DNA from: Parcubacteria group bacterium GW2011_GWB1_40_14
GTDB taxonomy: Bacteria; Patescibacteriota; Minisyncoccia; Terrybacterales; GWB1-40-14
DNA: 49,050 bases
NCBI GenBank assembly: GCA_000996085.1
Contig: LBYG01000008.1
Span: 1-49,050, forward strand
Direction: 5' to 3'
Positions 41,170 to 49,050 of the stretch are shown one piece after another. The notes beneath the pieces were generated by a model. It made no database searches and was not told the DNA's origin. It saw only the letters and a program-made list of their open reading frames with translations. The translations under genes and the position numbers were made by a program. Numbering within the stretch: the stretch's first letter is position 1; each line of letters begins with the position of its first letter.

Positions 41170-42204
41170 ATGGACAAATCTGTCGACACGCGAAAATCGA
41201 AAATAATTGTAATTGTAGGCCCTACCGCTTCCGGCAAAACTGCTCTTGCAATCCGTCTCGCTAAAAAATTCAAAGGCGAGATTATTTCTGCAGATTCAAG
41301 ACAAGTTTATCGCGGTATGGATATTGGAACAGACAAACCCTTCGACTCCTTCGATTTCGCTCAGGACAGGCCGGCTCAGGGTAAACCCAAAAAAATAGGA
41401 AATGCCATCATAATTCGTGGAATATCCCACCACTTAATTGATGTTGTAGAGCCAAATGATAGTTTCACTTTAGGACACTGGCTTGAACTTGCCAAAAAAG
41501 CAATTACAGAAATTGAACAGAGAAATCACATACCAATAATTGCCGGCGGAACGGGACTTTATATATCGGCGTTGCTTTATGGATTTGAAATTCCTGTCGT
41601 TCCGCCAAATCCGAAACTTCGCAAAAAACTTGAAGCAGAAATAAAAAAATACGGCACCAAACGCCTGGCCAAAAAAATACTCCAAAAAGACCCCCAAGCC
41701 GCAGTTTTCCTGGATACAAAAAACCCGCGCAGGCTGATACGCGCCTGGGAAGTAATGGAGGCTACAGGCAAAAAATTTTCTCAAATCAGAAAAAGATCCG
41801 CGCAACCAAAATACAACACGCTTATTGTGGGTCTTACTTTACCCAAAAATGATATTGAACGAAAAATAGCTCTGCGACTTAAAAAGCAGTTTAAAAAAGG
41901 ATTAAAAAAGGAGGTACTTACTTTGTCAAAAAAATATGGTTGGAACGTGTCTTCAATGAACACTTTGGGTTATTCTCAATGGAAAAACCATTCGCATAAC
42001 AACTCATTAAATGATAAAAACGTTTTCGGGACAATTCTTAAAGACACAATACGATATAGCAAACGGCAGATAACTTGGTTCAAGAAAATGAACGATATTA
42101 TATGGCTAGATGCTAAAAACAAAAAACCCCGCACCCGAGTAAACTCGGTGCGGGGCAGACGCCTGGAAAACCAGGCCGCCAAATATATTCGTAAATTTTT
42201 ATAA
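41170..42204 (+). CDS. miaA: tRNA dimethylallyltransferase with two in-frame palindromic inserts
   Basis: GPTASGKT, ISADSRQVYRGMDIGTDK, HHLID, GGTGLY, YSKRQITWF. Confidence 0.97.
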   Translation: MDKSVDTRKSKIIVIVGPTASGKTALAIRLAKKFKGEIISADSRQVYRGMDIGTDKPFDSFDFAQDRPAQGKPKKIGNAIIIRGISHHLIDVVEPNDSFTLGHWLELAKKAITEIEQRNHIPIIAGGTGLYISALLYGFEIPVVPPNPKLRKKLEAEIKKYGTKRLAKKILQKDPQAAVFLDTKNPRRLIRAWEVMEATGKKFSQIRKRSAQPKYNTLIVGLTLPKNDIERKIALRLKKQFKKGLKKEVLTLSKKYGWNVSSMNTLGYSQWKNHSHNNSLNDKNVFGTILKDTIRYSKRQITWFKKMNDIIWLDAKNKKPRTRVNSVRGRRLENQAAKYIRKFL

Positions 42205-42244
42205 CGAAAAACTCTAAATAACAGATTATTTAGAAATTTATTTT

Positions 42245-42340
42245 TTATTCGTTCTTTTTGCCTCCCCCGCCTGTAAATAAATCAATAAGCATTATGAAAG
42301 GCATAAAGATGATCATGATAATGTCTTCTATAATTTTCAT
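42245..42340 (-). CDS. 31-aa hydrophobic small protein MKIIEDIIMIIFMPFIMLIDLFTGGGGKKNE
   Basis: Promoter TTGACA...TGGTATAAT at about 42490-42513; MITE inserted at its ATG. Confidence 0.5.
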   Translation of the reverse strand: MKIIEDIIMIIFMPFIMLIDLFTGGGGKKNE

Positions 42341-42477
42341 ACCAGGTAGTAGAAATTAGACTATTCTATAAATAAATTAGCTGATTTCTAGTTAAAATTG
42401 ATTATTAAAATTTTATTAACTTAACCAGGTATTTTTGTTCCGCTTTGCGGAACGGTCTAATTTTCACTACCTAGCAT
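42338..42477. mobile_element. 134-bp MITE with CAT duplication
   Basis: Close copy of 31280-31420. Confidence 0.85.
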
Positions 42478-42528
42478 AACATAGTCATTATACCATTTTA
42501 AAAAATACTGTCAACTCTATTATCCTCC

Positions 42529-44013
42529 TTACCCGGTCTTCTTATCAAGTAACTCTTTTACAATTTTGGGGTTGGCTTTGCCGCGAGTTACTGCCATAAC
42601 TTTACCGATCAAAAATTGAGTCGCGTTAGGTTTGCCGCTTTTAATATCCTCTACAACTTTGGGGTTTTCTATCAGTATTTGATCTATAATTGTACCGATC
42701 TCTCCTTCATCACTAGTTTGTCCTATATTCTTCTCCTTTATTATTTCGTGGGGGTCCGCACCTGTGCCGAACATTTCGGAAAGAACATCTTTTGCCGCAC
42801 GCGAAGAAAGCTTATCCTGAGCTATAAGCTTAATTAATTCAGCAAAGTCCTCTTGTTTTATAAGTAAATCCCCAATTGAAGATGATTTAGCGACTATAAT
42901 ACCTCGCAGATCACTAAGCATGTAGTTCGTAGTAAGCTTAATTAAGCGCGACGCATCAAATTCTTTATCATCTGCTTCGTACCAGGCCCTAAGTTCGCTT
43001 ATGACCTGCTCAAAATAGTCACCCATCTCTCTGTCTATTACAAAAACTTCTGCGTCTTGCGGCGACAGATCATACTCTGAGATTAACCTGTTCCTGCGTT
43101 TAGCCGGCAATTCAGGCAACATAGCCCGCACGGTATCAAAATACTCTGCAGAAAAACGCATAGGCGGCAAATCGGGTTCGGGAAAATATCTATAATCATG
43201 TGCTTCTTCTTTTTCTCTTTGCGAAAAAGTTACCTGCTTCATGTCGTGCCAGCCGCGTGTCTCCTGAATTACTTTACCGCCGTCATCCAAAACTGCAGCC
43301 TGTCTCTCTATCTCGTAAGCAACAGCTTTTTCAACAGAACGAAGTGAATTTAAATTTTTTACTTCAACTTTTGTGCCGAATTTTTCGGTTCCGACTTTAC
43401 GCAACGATAAATTAACTTCAACGCGCATCTGTCCTTTTTCCATGTTCGCATCCGAAGCTCCTAAATATTTAAGTATCAATTGCAACTCTTCGGCAAAAGC
43501 ACGGGCTTCTTTAGCTGAACGGATATCGGGCTTAGTAACCAATTCCATCAACGGAACCCCGGCGCGATTAAAATCCACATAACTTTCTTTTGCCGCATCC
43601 GGATGCAATAATCTTCCGGTATCTTCTTCAAGATGTATCCGTTCTATTCTTATCTGCTTTTTTTCCTTAGTATCTTCGGGAATAATTTCCAAATGTCCCT
43701 CTCCGCATAGAGGAAGATCGTATTGGGATATCTGATAGCCTTTGGGCAAATCGGGATAAAAATAATTCTTACGGTCAAATTTAGAAAACTCGGTCAGTGT
43801 ACATTTCAGAGCCGCGCCCACGGACTGTACCAACTCCACTGCCTTCTTGTTTATAACCGGAAGGGTTCCGGGGTGCGCTAAACACACCGGACAAACATTT
43901 ACATTAGGATGTTTTTCGTCGGGGTCATTACGGGAAGCGCAAAACATTTTGGTATCTGTTTTGAGCTCCGAATGTATTTCCAGGCCTATAACGGCTTCGT
44001 AAGTGGTATTCAT
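42529..44013 (-). CDS. gatB: Asp/Glu-tRNA amidotransferase subunit B
   Basis: IGLEIH, FDRKNYFYPDLPKGYQISQ, HLEEDTG, DYRYFPEPDL. Confidence 0.98.
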   Translation of the reverse strand: MNTTYEAVIGLEIHSELKTDTKMFCASRNDPDEKHPNVNVCPVCLAHPGTLPVINKKAVELVQSVGAALKCTLTEFSKFDRKNYFYPDLPKGYQISQYDLPLCGEGHLEIIPEDTKEKKQIRIERIHLEEDTGRLLHPDAAKESYVDFNRAGVPLMELVTKPDIRSAKEARAFAEELQLILKYLGASDANMEKGQMRVEVNLSLRKVGTEKFGTKVEVKNLNSLRSVEKAVAYEIERQAAVLDDGGKVIQETRGWHDMKQVTFSQREKEEAHDYRYFPEPDLPPMRFSAEYFDTVRAMLPELPAKRRNRLISEYDLSPQDAEVFVIDREMGDYFEQVISELRAWYEADDKEFDASRLIKLTTNYMLSDLRGIIVAKSSSIGDLLIKQEDFAELIKLIAQDKLSSRAAKDVLSEMFGTGADPHEIIKEKNIGQTSDEGEIGTIIDQILIENPKVVEDIKSGKPNATQFLIGKVMAVTRGKANPKIVKELLDKKTG

Positions 44014-44086
44014 GATTACTCTCTATTATGTAAAAAACGGCCTGCAATTGCAAACCGTTTTTTCGTTAATGATCCAAAAACTTTCT

Positions 44087-44446
44087 TTAACAAGACGTTG
44101 CGGTAAACCCTCCGCTGCTTACAATGTTTACAACTACCAAAACCAATCCTTTAGCAAGCAAAGCCACAATAATACCTATTATGCCGTAAAGTATATATTG
44201 TCTAGCCTGCTTTGTCTTATCTTCACTGCCTCCTCCGGTCAAAAACAAAAACGCTGCATACAATAATATTATGACGGCAAGAATCATTATGACTGTGAAC
44301 AATAAATTAGTGGCCGTACAAATCAAATTGAAAAAATCATCAAGATCAGTAGCTATAGCAGGCGGAGATTGAACCGTAACAGCTAAAACGGTCGAAACTG
44401 GAGCAAAAGTCAAACCCAACGGTATAAAACGTAAAAATTTATTCAT
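44087..44446 (-). CDS. TrbC/VirB2-like pilin (CPR type)
   Basis: Signal ending VLA, two TMs, LTGGGSEDKTKQARQYILYGIIG. Confidence 0.8.
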   Translation of the reverse strand: MNKFLRFIPLGLTFAPVSTVLAVTVQSPPAIATDLDDFFNLICTATNLLFTVIMILAVIILLYAAFLFLTGGGSEDKTKQARQYILYGIIGIIVALLAKGLVLVVVNIVSSGGFTATSC

Positions 44447-44542
44447 ATAATGCTTATTTCTTAAGCCCTCACCCCCTTTCTAATATATTTTTATATTATC
44501 ATACAAAAAACGGTTTGCCTAATACAAACCGTTTTATTTTAG

Positions 44543-45076
44543 TTAGGGTCTTAATGGAAATATTTTTTCCGCATCATCAAATAATTTAAGAATATCAAGT
44601 TCGTTGCACCATATTGGTTCTAGCCCCGGATTCTCTAACCACTCTTCTTCTGATACCTCGCCTTCTTGATATCTTGCTGTAAACCAAACATGTTCTTCCA
44701 ATTCTGCGCGGGTAAACCAGGCAATGTCTTGTGCTTTTTCCTTATTTCTATCTATTTTGCCCAAATATACAGATGCATATATCCGCCAGACGTGATAATT
44801 ATCGTTCACACGACCGCAAAATCGGACCGTTCTTTCCTGATGTATCATATATAATTGAATTGCTCTTAAGCCGGTCTTCTCTTTTAATTCTCTGCGCGCA
44901 GCCGACTTAAATTCTTTTTCTGTCGGATTCAATTTGACTAGATCAGCATGACCCGAGGGAAGCGTCCATTCATAAGGAGGCTTTGTGCTCTTAATGAGCA
45001 GGATCTGAGAACGCAACGCTTCTTCTCTGGTAACAATTATTCCAACACTGGTATGATCACAGACCGTTTTTGACAT
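44543..45076 (-). CDS. NUDIX hydrolase, atypical box
   Basis: CDHTSVG, LPSGH...AARRELKEKTGL. Confidence 0.8.
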   Translation of the reverse strand: MSKTVCDHTSVGIIVTREEALRSQILLIKSTKPPYEWTLPSGHADLVKLNPTEKEFKSAARRELKEKTGLRAIQLYMIHQERTVRFCGRVNDNYHVWRIYASVYLGKIDRNKEKAQDIAWFTRAELEEHVWFTARYQEGEVSEEEWLENPGLEPIWCNELDILKLFDDAEKIFPLRP

Positions 45077-45077
45077 A

Positions 45078-45731
45078 TCAAAGCTCGCGCAAAAATCTCT
45101 GATGTTTAATAGCAATTATCAATTCAAGATATTGAATGATCTGACCAAAGACTTCTTCAGGAGATTTGTTACCGTCAACAATACGCACACCCGAAGTACT
45201 GAACATATTTGCCAAAACAAAATAATTAGATCTAACCTTTCGTAAGATATCCTGTTTCTCAAAAAGATGCCGCTCTATAGGCAAACGGCTTATTGCGATC
45301 TCAACCGGAAGATCAAGAATAATTGTTAAATCGGGGAACAAGAAACCGTCTTGCTTATCCAAAAATGTTTTTATTGGAACCTTTGAGGTTGCGGCGCCAT
45401 AGGCCACAGTAGAAAAAGCGTATCTTTCTGTAACTTCTGCTATGCCCGCCGCAAGATTGGGTTCAATTTCCTGTTCTAGATGTTCTCTGCGGTTATCTAT
45501 AAAAAGATACTGGATCTCTTCAGGGGATCTTTCTTCAGCCTTTCTATAAACAATTCTGTCCAGTCGTTCGTAGGTTTGACTACCTAATCCATTCCAGGGT
45601 TCTTGCGTTTTTATAACAGTAAAACCACGTTCTTTTAACCATAAACATATATTTATCGCTTGTGTTTCTTTTCCTGCGCCATCCATACCCTCTAAAGCAA
45701 TAAAAAGTCCTGTATAGGGATTGGGCTGCAT
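45078..45731 (-). CDS. tmk: Thymidylate kinase paralog 2
   Basis: FIALEGMDGAGK, TQEP, ERYAFSTVAYG, PDLTIILD. Confidence 0.9.
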   Translation of the reverse strand: MQPNPYTGLFIALEGMDGAGKETQAINICLWLKERGFTVIKTQEPWNGLGSQTYERLDRIVYRKAEERSPEEIQYLFIDNRREHLEQEIEPNLAAGIAEVTERYAFSTVAYGAATSKVPIKTFLDKQDGFLFPDLTIILDLPVEIAISRLPIERHLFEKQDILRKVRSNYFVLANMFSTSGVRIVDGNKSPEEVFGQIIQYLELIIAIKHQRFLREL

Positions 45732-45861
45732 TAAGATTCTCCTATTCTTTTTTCAAATTGCTATAAAGCTTTAACCTAAAAGTATCACCAAAATTATTTC
45801 CGGTCAATTAAAAACCATCCTTACGGATGGTCATAAAACTATTTACTTGTTTATTTATCGA

Positions 45862-46407
45862 TCAAGAATTCTGGCTGATCTTCTCATACAACAAGAAAGA
45901 AAAAGGCCATGAAGCTTCCGGGCTAATTGGAAAATCCATACGGCTTACTTCCTGCCATTTAGTGATATCAAATTCCGGAAAAAAAGTATCACCTGCAAAT
46001 ACATTATCAATTACGGTCAGATATAACCTATCGGCAAATCGAAGCGCTTGTTTAAAAATGCTTTCTCCGCCGATAATAAATATTTCTTCTTCGTTTTTTG
46101 AGATATCAATTGCGCTTTCCAAAGAACCTACTACGGTACAGCCCAAAGCGCTGTAAGATTCGCTTGTGGTTACAATAATATTCACTCGTCCAGGCAACGC
46201 TTTTCCAATAGATTCATAAGTCTTGCGCCCCATAATAACAGCGTGTCCTAAGGTAAGCGATTTAAAGCGCGCAAGATCCTGTGGCAATTTCCACGGCAAA
46301 CTATTATTCTTTCCTATAACCCTATTTTTATCCATCGCGGCTATAAGTGAAATAATGATTCGACGTTGCTCACCATAAATCATTCGACTTTGCTCATGAT
46401 AAATCAT
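45862..46407 (-). CDS. folA: Dihydrofolate reductase with a REP-derived 16-aa N-terminal extension
   Basis: [38 protein letters not shown]. Confidence 0.96.
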   Translation of the reverse strand: MIYHEQSRMIYGEQRRIIISLIAAMDKNRVIGKNNSLPWKLPQDLARFKSLTLGHAVIMGRKTYESIGKALPGRVNIIVTTSESYSALGCTVVGSLESAIDISKNEEEIFIIGGESIFKQALRFADRLYLTVIDNVFAGDTFFPEFDITKWQEVSRMDFPISPEASWPFSFLLYEKISQNS

Positions 46408-47246
46408 ATGGCTATCGGCGCTTTAATGCTCGGGTGAGGATCATAACCTACAAGCTTAAAATCTTCGTATTTAAAGTCAAAAATAGATCTAATTGCAGGA
46501 TTCAATTCCATAAGAGGTAATGGTCGCGGCTCTCTTGAAAGTTGCAGATCAACCTGATTCGTATGGTTAAGATATATATGAACATCGCCAAATGTATGAA
46601 CAAATTCACCCGGCTTAAGATCAGTTACTTGAGCTATCATCATCATTAAAAGAGCGTAACTTGCGATATTAAATGGAACGCCCAAAAATACATCCGCACT
46701 CCGCTGGTACAACTGACAACTAAGTTTACCGTTCACTACGTAAAACTGAAATAAAGTATGGCACGGCGGAAGCGCAACTTGATCCGCTTCCTTTGGATTC
46801 CAGCCGGTTAAAATCAACCTACGGCTATTTGGGTGTTGCTTGATTGCATTTATCAACCAGCTAATCTGATCAAAACCGTCCTTGGCATAAGTGCCGTCAG
46901 GCAAAAGTGTAGCGCCAAAATTACGCCATTGATGACCGTATACCGGACCCAAATCTCCTTCGGAACGACCAAATTTAGCACACGCTTCTTGAGTCGCCCA
47001 TTCGTTCCAAATACTAACGCCCCGCTCCTTTAACCATTGGTTATCTGTTTTCCCTTCCAAAAACCAAAGCAATTCGTAAATGATAGATTTAAGGTGCATT
47101 TTCTTTGTGGTCAGAAGAGGAAATCCTTCGGAAAGATCAAAACGCAATTGACGTCCAAATACGCTTTTGGTGCCGGTACCGGTGCGATCGTCTTTAATAA
47201 CACCGTTATCTTTTATATCTTGAAGCAAATTAAGATACTGTTTCAT
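46404..47246 (-). CDS. thyA: Thymidylate synthase
   Basis: [38 protein letters not shown]. Confidence 0.98.
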   Translation of the reverse strand: MKQYLNLLQDIKDNGVIKDDRTGTGTKSVFGRQLRFDLSEGFPLLTTKKMHLKSIIYELLWFLEGKTDNQWLKERGVSIWNEWATQEACAKFGRSEGDLGPVYGHQWRNFGATLLPDGTYAKDGFDQISWLINAIKQHPNSRRLILTGWNPKEADQVALPPCHTLFQFYVVNGKLSCQLYQRSADVFLGVPFNIASYALLMMMIAQVTDLKPGEFVHTFGDVHIYLNHTNQVDLQLSREPRPLPLMELNPAIRSIFDFKYEDFKLVGYDPHPSIKAPIAI

Positions 47247-47898
47247 ACCCAAAGGCCTCCTTTTTCTCTTTTATTATTTTTTCAATTTGCGGTTTTAGTG
47301 ACGCAAAAACCTCTTCAGGGCTTTTGGCGCCATCAATTATTACTGTTTTAACATTATCAAACATTATTGCAAGAGAAAGATAACTTTGCCTGACTTTTTC
47401 TAAAATAACGCTCTCCTCAAAAACATCTGCTTTCTTATCCAAACGTCTTACTGCTTCTTCTGCAGATATGTCTATTATTAAAGTGAGGTCGGGAAAAATA
47501 AAATTAGGAATAAGTTCATGCGCTTTCCATAATTCTTCAAAATTTCCGCCTCCGGTTGCGGGTCCATATGCCAAAGTAGATAAAAAATATCTTTCACATA
47601 TAACAACATTCTCAGAACCATTTTTCAAATAAGGAATTATCTCGTGTTCAAGATGTCTTGCGCGGTTATCTATAAAAAGTTTTTGTATCTTCGCATAATC
47701 GGCTGATTCCTCGCGTTTAATAATCTTCTTCAAGAGATCGTCATCGGCATTCATTTCACCCCACCATGGTTCTTGTGTAAAATACGCCTTAAAACCCAGC
47801 CCATTAACATAGGATTGTATAAATTCTCCTTGGGTATGTTTACCTGAGCGGTCTATTCCTTCTAAAGCGATAAAAATTCCCAGATAAGAATTAATCAT
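47230..47898 (-). CDS. tmk: Thymidylate kinase paralog 1
   Basis: [35 protein letters not shown]. Confidence 0.9.
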   Translation of the reverse strand: MINSYLGIFIALEGIDRSGKHTQGEFIQSYVNGLGFKAYFTQEPWWGEMNADDDLLKKIIKREESADYAKIQKLFIDNRARHLEHEIIPYLKNGSENVVICERYFLSTLAYGPATGGGNFEELWKAHELIPNFIFPDLTLIIDISAEEAVRRLDKKADVFEESVILEKVRQSYLSLAIMFDNVKTVIIDGAKSPEEVFASLKPQIEKIIKEKKEAFGYETVS

Positions 47899-47984
47899 AT
47901 ATTTCATCATATAACAAAATAGCCCCGAAGTCCGTCTCCGTCGGCTGACGGATAGTGAATTCGGGGCTGTATTTATACAAAATC

Positions 47985-48407
47985 CTATTCAACAGTAATA
48001 CCCATGCTTCTTGCTGTTCCTTCTATTATTTTAGAGGCGGCGTCGACATTATTGGTATTGAGATCGGGCATCTTATCTTCGGCTATTTTTCTTATCTGTG
48101 CCTTGCTAACTTTACCAACTTTATTCTTATTGGGTACGCCGGAACCCTTATCAACTCCGGCCGCTTTACGCAAAAGATCCGAAGCCGGAGGGGTCTTTAA
48201 TTTCATTTCAAAGGTTCTATCTTCGAAAACAGTTACTTCAACGGGTATTATTGAGCCCATTTTATCCCTTGTCCCTTCGTTGAATTTAGATACAAAATCT
48301 TGGATATTTAATCCGTGAGGACCCAAAGCGGTACCAACTGGAGGCGCTGGAGTAGCCTGCCCTGCGGGTATTTGCAATTTAATAATTATCTTAATTGGTT
48401 TAGCCAT
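47985..48407 (-). CDS. rplK: 50S ribosomal protein L11
   Basis: [25 protein letters not shown]. Confidence 0.98.
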   Translation of the reverse strand: MAKPIKIIIKLQIPAGQATPAPPVGTALGPHGLNIQDFVSKFNEGTRDKMGSIIPVEVTVFEDRTFEMKLKTPPASDLLRKAAGVDKGSGVPNKNKVGKVSKAQIRKIAEDKMPDLNTNNVDAASKIIEGTARSMGITVE

Positions 48408-48479
48408 AGTAAAAACTAAAAATTAAAAGCGAAAAAGTAAAAAGATTAGTTGGTCGCCCACAACGACCTTTATTATTAA

Positions 48480-49025
48480 CTATATTCTCTTAATCTGCAA
48501 GTAGTCTAATTCGACCGGCGTCTCTCTGCCGAACATTGAAACTAACACCTTAACCTTACCTCGAGCTTCATCTACTTCATCCACCTTACCGTCAAAATCT
48601 TTAAATGGACCGTCATTTATACGTACCGCATCACCAATATTAACATCAACTTTATATTTTGGTTCTTCAACGCCCATTCTTTTCATCAAAGCATCAACTT
48701 CTTCCTGAGAAAGCGGGGTCGGAGTGGTGCCTGAGCCGACAAAACCCGTAACACGTGGCGTGTTACGTGCAACGTACCAAGAATCGTCTGTCACTATCAT
48801 TTCTACAAGCACGTAGCCGGGATAAATTCTTTCTTCAACCATCTTACGTTTACTGTTTTTTATTTGGATCCTTTTCTCCTTTGGAACTATAACTTGAAAA
48901 ATTTTATCTTCCATGCCCAAAGATTCGATACGTTGCTTTAAATTTCGTGCAACAGCATCTTCATAGCCGGAATAAGTATGCAACGCATACCAATGTTTCT
49001 CTTGTGTTATTGTTTGTTTGGGCAT
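48480..49025 (-). CDS. nusG: Transcription termination/antitermination factor NusG
   Basis: WYALHTYSGYE, YPGYVLVEM, KOW GDAVRINDGPF, FGRETPVEL. Confidence 0.98.
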   Translation of the reverse strand: MPKQTITQEKHWYALHTYSGYEDAVARNLKQRIESLGMEDKIFQVIVPKEKRIQIKNSKRKMVEERIYPGYVLVEMIVTDDSWYVARNTPRVTGFVGSGTTPTPLSQEEVDALMKRMGVEEPKYKVDVNIGDAVRINDGPFKDFDGKVDEVDEARGKVKVLVSMFGRETPVELDYLQIKRI

Positions 49026-49050
49026 GACAAAACTAAAATTAAAACTAAAA

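Overview
49-kb, AT-rich bacterial chromosome segment that looks like Patescibacteria/Parcubacteria (CPR), judged from 16S signatures, a CPR-type pilin, a NusB-NUDIX fusion, rplK without rplA and many near-leaderless genes. The right half is mostly housekeeping: trmD, khpA, rpsP, two ftsH with an SPFH gene, rnc, nusB, rpmF, rnhB, dnaE, thrS, miaA, gatB, tmk/thyA/folA/tmk, rplK, nusG. The left half has a two-component pair, tRNA-Ile, murJ, a DEAD-box helicase, an unlinked 16S rRNA gene and an accessory island at 10.9-15.3 kb. Four main observations: (1) a Pro-rich peptide coupled to two paralogous CxCGI(Y/H)A proteins with possible ADP-ribosyltransferase-like motifs, beside three Xre/MbcA/ParS-type antitoxins that have no RES toxin; (2) several families of miniature inverted-repeat elements, with no transposase in the window, that sit exactly on -35 boxes (TTGA duplication) or start codons (ATG duplication) and nest inside each other; (3) 24-nt REP-like units translated in frame inside miaA, folA and a Cys-rich peptide; (4) boxA-like GTTCTTTKAAAA motifs in the leaders of SD-led accessory genes. 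Three clean internal lesions (16S, murJ, a membrane protein) may be assembly artefacts. All protein calls come from motif recognition by eye; no searches were run.
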